In this document: in pieces, positions 46,142 to 48,127 of the stretch | Position numbering within the stretch: the first letter of the stretch is position 1 | How the letters are laid out: the number at the start of each line of letters is the position of its first letter | Assembly: GCA_937958315.1 (NCBI GenBank) | Contig: CALFGH010000149.1 | Span: 1 to 48,127 of the forward strand | Source: an uncultured Collinsella sp. | GTDB taxonomy: Bacteria; Actinomycetota; Coriobacteriia; Coriobacteriales; Coriobacteriaceae | Direction of reading: 5' to 3' | Length of the DNA stretch: 48,127 bases | The notes under the pieces: model-generated | The model's database searches: none | Seen by the model: only the letters and a program-made list of their open reading frames with translations | What the model was told of the DNA's origin: nothing | Made by a program: the position numbers and the translations under genes

Positions 46142-47821
46142 ATGGCGGAGTTTATCTACCAGATGTATCAGGCTCGCAAGGCCCATGGCGACAAGGTGAT
46201 CCTTGACGACGTGACCCTGAGCTTCTACCCCGGTGCCAAGATCGGCGTTGTGGGTCCCAACGGCATGGGCAAGTCGACCCTGCTCAAGATCATGGCCGGC
46301 ATCGAGGAGGTCTCCAACGGCGATGCCAGGCTCACCCCCGGCTACACTGTGGGCATCCTGCAGCAGGAGCCGCCGCTCGATGACGACAAGACCGTCATCG
46401 AGAACGTGCGCATGGCGTTTGGTGATATGATCGCCAAGGTCGATCGCTTCAATAAGATCGGCGAGGAGATGTGCGACCCGGATTGCGACATGGACGCCCT
46501 CATGGCCGAGATGGGCAAGCTCCAGGACGAGATCGACGCCGCCGACGGCTGGGATATCGATTCCAAGCTCGGCCAGGCCATGGACGCCCTGCAGCTGCCC
46601 GATTCCGACATGCCGGTCAACGTGCTTTCCGGCGGCGAGCGTCGTCGCGTGGCCCTGTGCAAGCTGCTGCTCGAGGCTCCCGACCTGCTGCTGCTCGACG
46701 AGCCCACGAACCACCTGGACGCCGAGTCGATCCTGTGGCTCGAGCACTTCCTGCACAACTACCAGGGCGCGGTGCTTGCCGTTACGCACGATCGCTACTT
46801 CCTGGATAACGTTGCCGAGTGGATCTGCGAGGTTGACCGCGGTCACCTTTATCCCTACAAGGGCAACTACTCAACGTATCTGGAGACCAAGGCCGCGCGT
46901 ATCGAGGCTCAGGGCAACCGTGACGCCAAGCTCGCCAAGCGGATGGAGGCCGAGCTCGAGTGGGTACGCAGCTCGCCCAAGGCTCGCCAGGCAAAGAACA
47001 AGGCCCGTCTTGCTCGCTACGAGGAGATGGAGGCCGAGGCCCGCGCAAGCCAGAAGCTCGACTGGACCGACATCCGCATCCCTGTGGGCCCGCGTTTGGG
47101 CAACAAGGTGCTCGAGGCCCATCATCTGCACAAGGAGTTCGATGGCCGCGTGCTCATCGATGACCTTTCGTTCACCCTGCCGCGCAACGGCATCGTGGGC
47201 GTGATCGGTCCCAACGGCGTGGGCAAGACCACACTGTTCAAGACGATTGTGGGTCTGGAGCCGCTGACTTCGGGCGAGCTCGAGGTGGGCGAGACCGTCA
47301 AGATCTCTTACGTCGACCAGAACCGTTCCGGCATCGACCCCGACAAGAACCTATGGGAGGTCGTCTCGGACGGCCTGGACCACATGATGGTCGGCGAGAC
47401 CGAGGTTCCGAGCCGCGCTTATGTGGCGAGCTTTGGCTTTAAGGGCCAGGACCAGCAGAAGCGCGCTGGCGTGCTCTCCGGCGGCGAGCGCAACCGTCTG
47501 AACCTGGCGCTCACGCTCAAGCAGGGCGGCAACCTGTTGCTCCTCGACGAGCCCACGAACGACCTCGACGTCGAGACGCTGTCCTCGCTCGAGGCGGCGC
47601 TGCTCGAGTTCCCGGGCTGCTCGGTGGTCATTAGCCACGACCGTATGTTCCTGGACCGCGTCGCCACGCACATTCTGGCGTGGGAGGGCACCGACGAAAA
47701 TCCGGGCAACTGGTATTGGTTCGAGGGCAACTTCGAGGCCTATCAGGCCAACCGCATCGAGCGCCTGGGCGAGGACGCAGCCCAGCCGCATCGTATCCAC
47801 CGCAAGCTCACGCGTGACTAG
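46142..47821 (+). CDS. ettA: Energy-dependent translational throttle ABC-F protein
   Basis: LSFYPGAKIGV.G.NG.GKS, two ABC domains, ELEWVR..PKARQAKNKARL. Confidence 0.95.
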   Translation: MAEFIYQMYQARKAHGDKVILDDVTLSFYPGAKIGVVGPNGMGKSTLLKIMAGIEEVSNGDARLTPGYTVGILQQEPPLDDDKTVIENVRMAFGDMIAKVDRFNKIGEEMCDPDCDMDALMAEMGKLQDEIDAADGWDIDSKLGQAMDALQLPDSDMPVNVLSGGERRRVALCKLLLEAPDLLLLDEPTNHLDAESILWLEHFLHNYQGAVLAVTHDRYFLDNVAEWICEVDRGHLYPYKGNYSTYLETKAARIEAQGNRDAKLAKRMEAELEWVRSSPKARQAKNKARLARYEEMEAEARASQKLDWTDIRIPVGPRLGNKVLEAHHLHKEFDGRVLIDDLSFTLPRNGIVGVIGPNGVGKTTLFKTIVGLEPLTSGELEVGETVKISYVDQNRSGIDPDKNLWEVVSDGLDHMMVGETEVPSRAYVASFGFKGQDQQKRAGVLSGGERNRLNLALTLKQGGNLLLLDEPTNDLDVETLSSLEAALLEFPGCSVVISHDRMFLDRVATHILAWEGTDENPGNWYWFEGNFEAYQANRIERLGEDAAQPHRIHRKLTRD

Positions 47822-47858
47822 GTTTATTGCTGGTTTGGTTACGTAACATCAACAAATA

Positions 47859-47897
47859 AAAACGGCTCAAATCCTGATTTGGATTTGAGCCGCTTTT
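47859..47897. terminator. Bidirectional terminator
   Basis: CGGCTCAAATCC/GGATTTGAGCCG flanked by A and T tracts. Confidence 0.8.
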
Positions 47898-47899
47898 CG

Positions 47900-48127
47900 T
47901 TATTGTTCGGATTCTTCGACTTTATCGATGGTCCAGGCGGCTCCGAGACCGCCGGTGGTGTTGCGGCGGATGCGCACGGTAACCTCGCGGCGCTCGCCGG
48001 CCTGCGTGTAGCGCAGGGGGAAGCTTGCGCGGTTTCGCGCGACCTCGATGGTACCGCGCTCGCGGGCGATCCAGTAGTACTCGCCGACGATGCCGAGGGT
48101 ATCGGCGCCGTAGGGGAGATAGGTCGA
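47900..48127 (-). CDS. 3' end of an unidentified protein, truncated by the window end
   Basis: Open frame STYLPYGAD...WTIDKVEESEQ* with GC-rich third positions, stopping next to the terminator. Confidence 0.7.
   Translation of the reverse strand, partial: STYLPYGADTLGIVGEYYWIARERGTIEVARNRASFPLRYTQAGERREVTVRIRRNTTGGLGAAWTIDKVEESEQ

Overview
High-GC chromosomal window, most consistent with a gut Coriobacteriia genome such as Collinsella (inferred from gene content and codon style, not from a database match). Most of it is housekeeping or metabolic: a tRNA 3' end, NrdR-controlled nrdDG, folE-HD-folB, SlyD plus an orphan UreE, Fur, rnhA, LysR/metY, panE, nfo, a polar amino acid ABC transporter, flavodoxin, a LexA-boxed Y-family polymerase with YolD, pgi, a fructoselysine-type (frlCBD) locus with a YfcC transporter and an amidohydrolase, tatD, tcdA, sdpR/sdpI and ettA. 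The most notable elements are: (1) a three-gene minus-strand module between pgi and a Cof hydrolase encoding an unknown helical protein, an extra ClpP and a membrane-anchor-less VirD4/TraG-type ATPase with no other conjugation genes; (2) a 28-aa hydrophobic ORF missed by the ORF track, with a LexA box over its -35, an SD-masking hairpin and 13-nt 5'/3' complementarity, i.e. a candidate SOS-induced type I toxin next to sdpRI; (3) a Cys/Met-containing leader peptide with alternative pairings upstream of metY; (4) several palindromic REP/MITE-like elements, one pair flanking a gene and supplying ribosome-binding sites. All calls come from reading sequence motifs; no searches were run.
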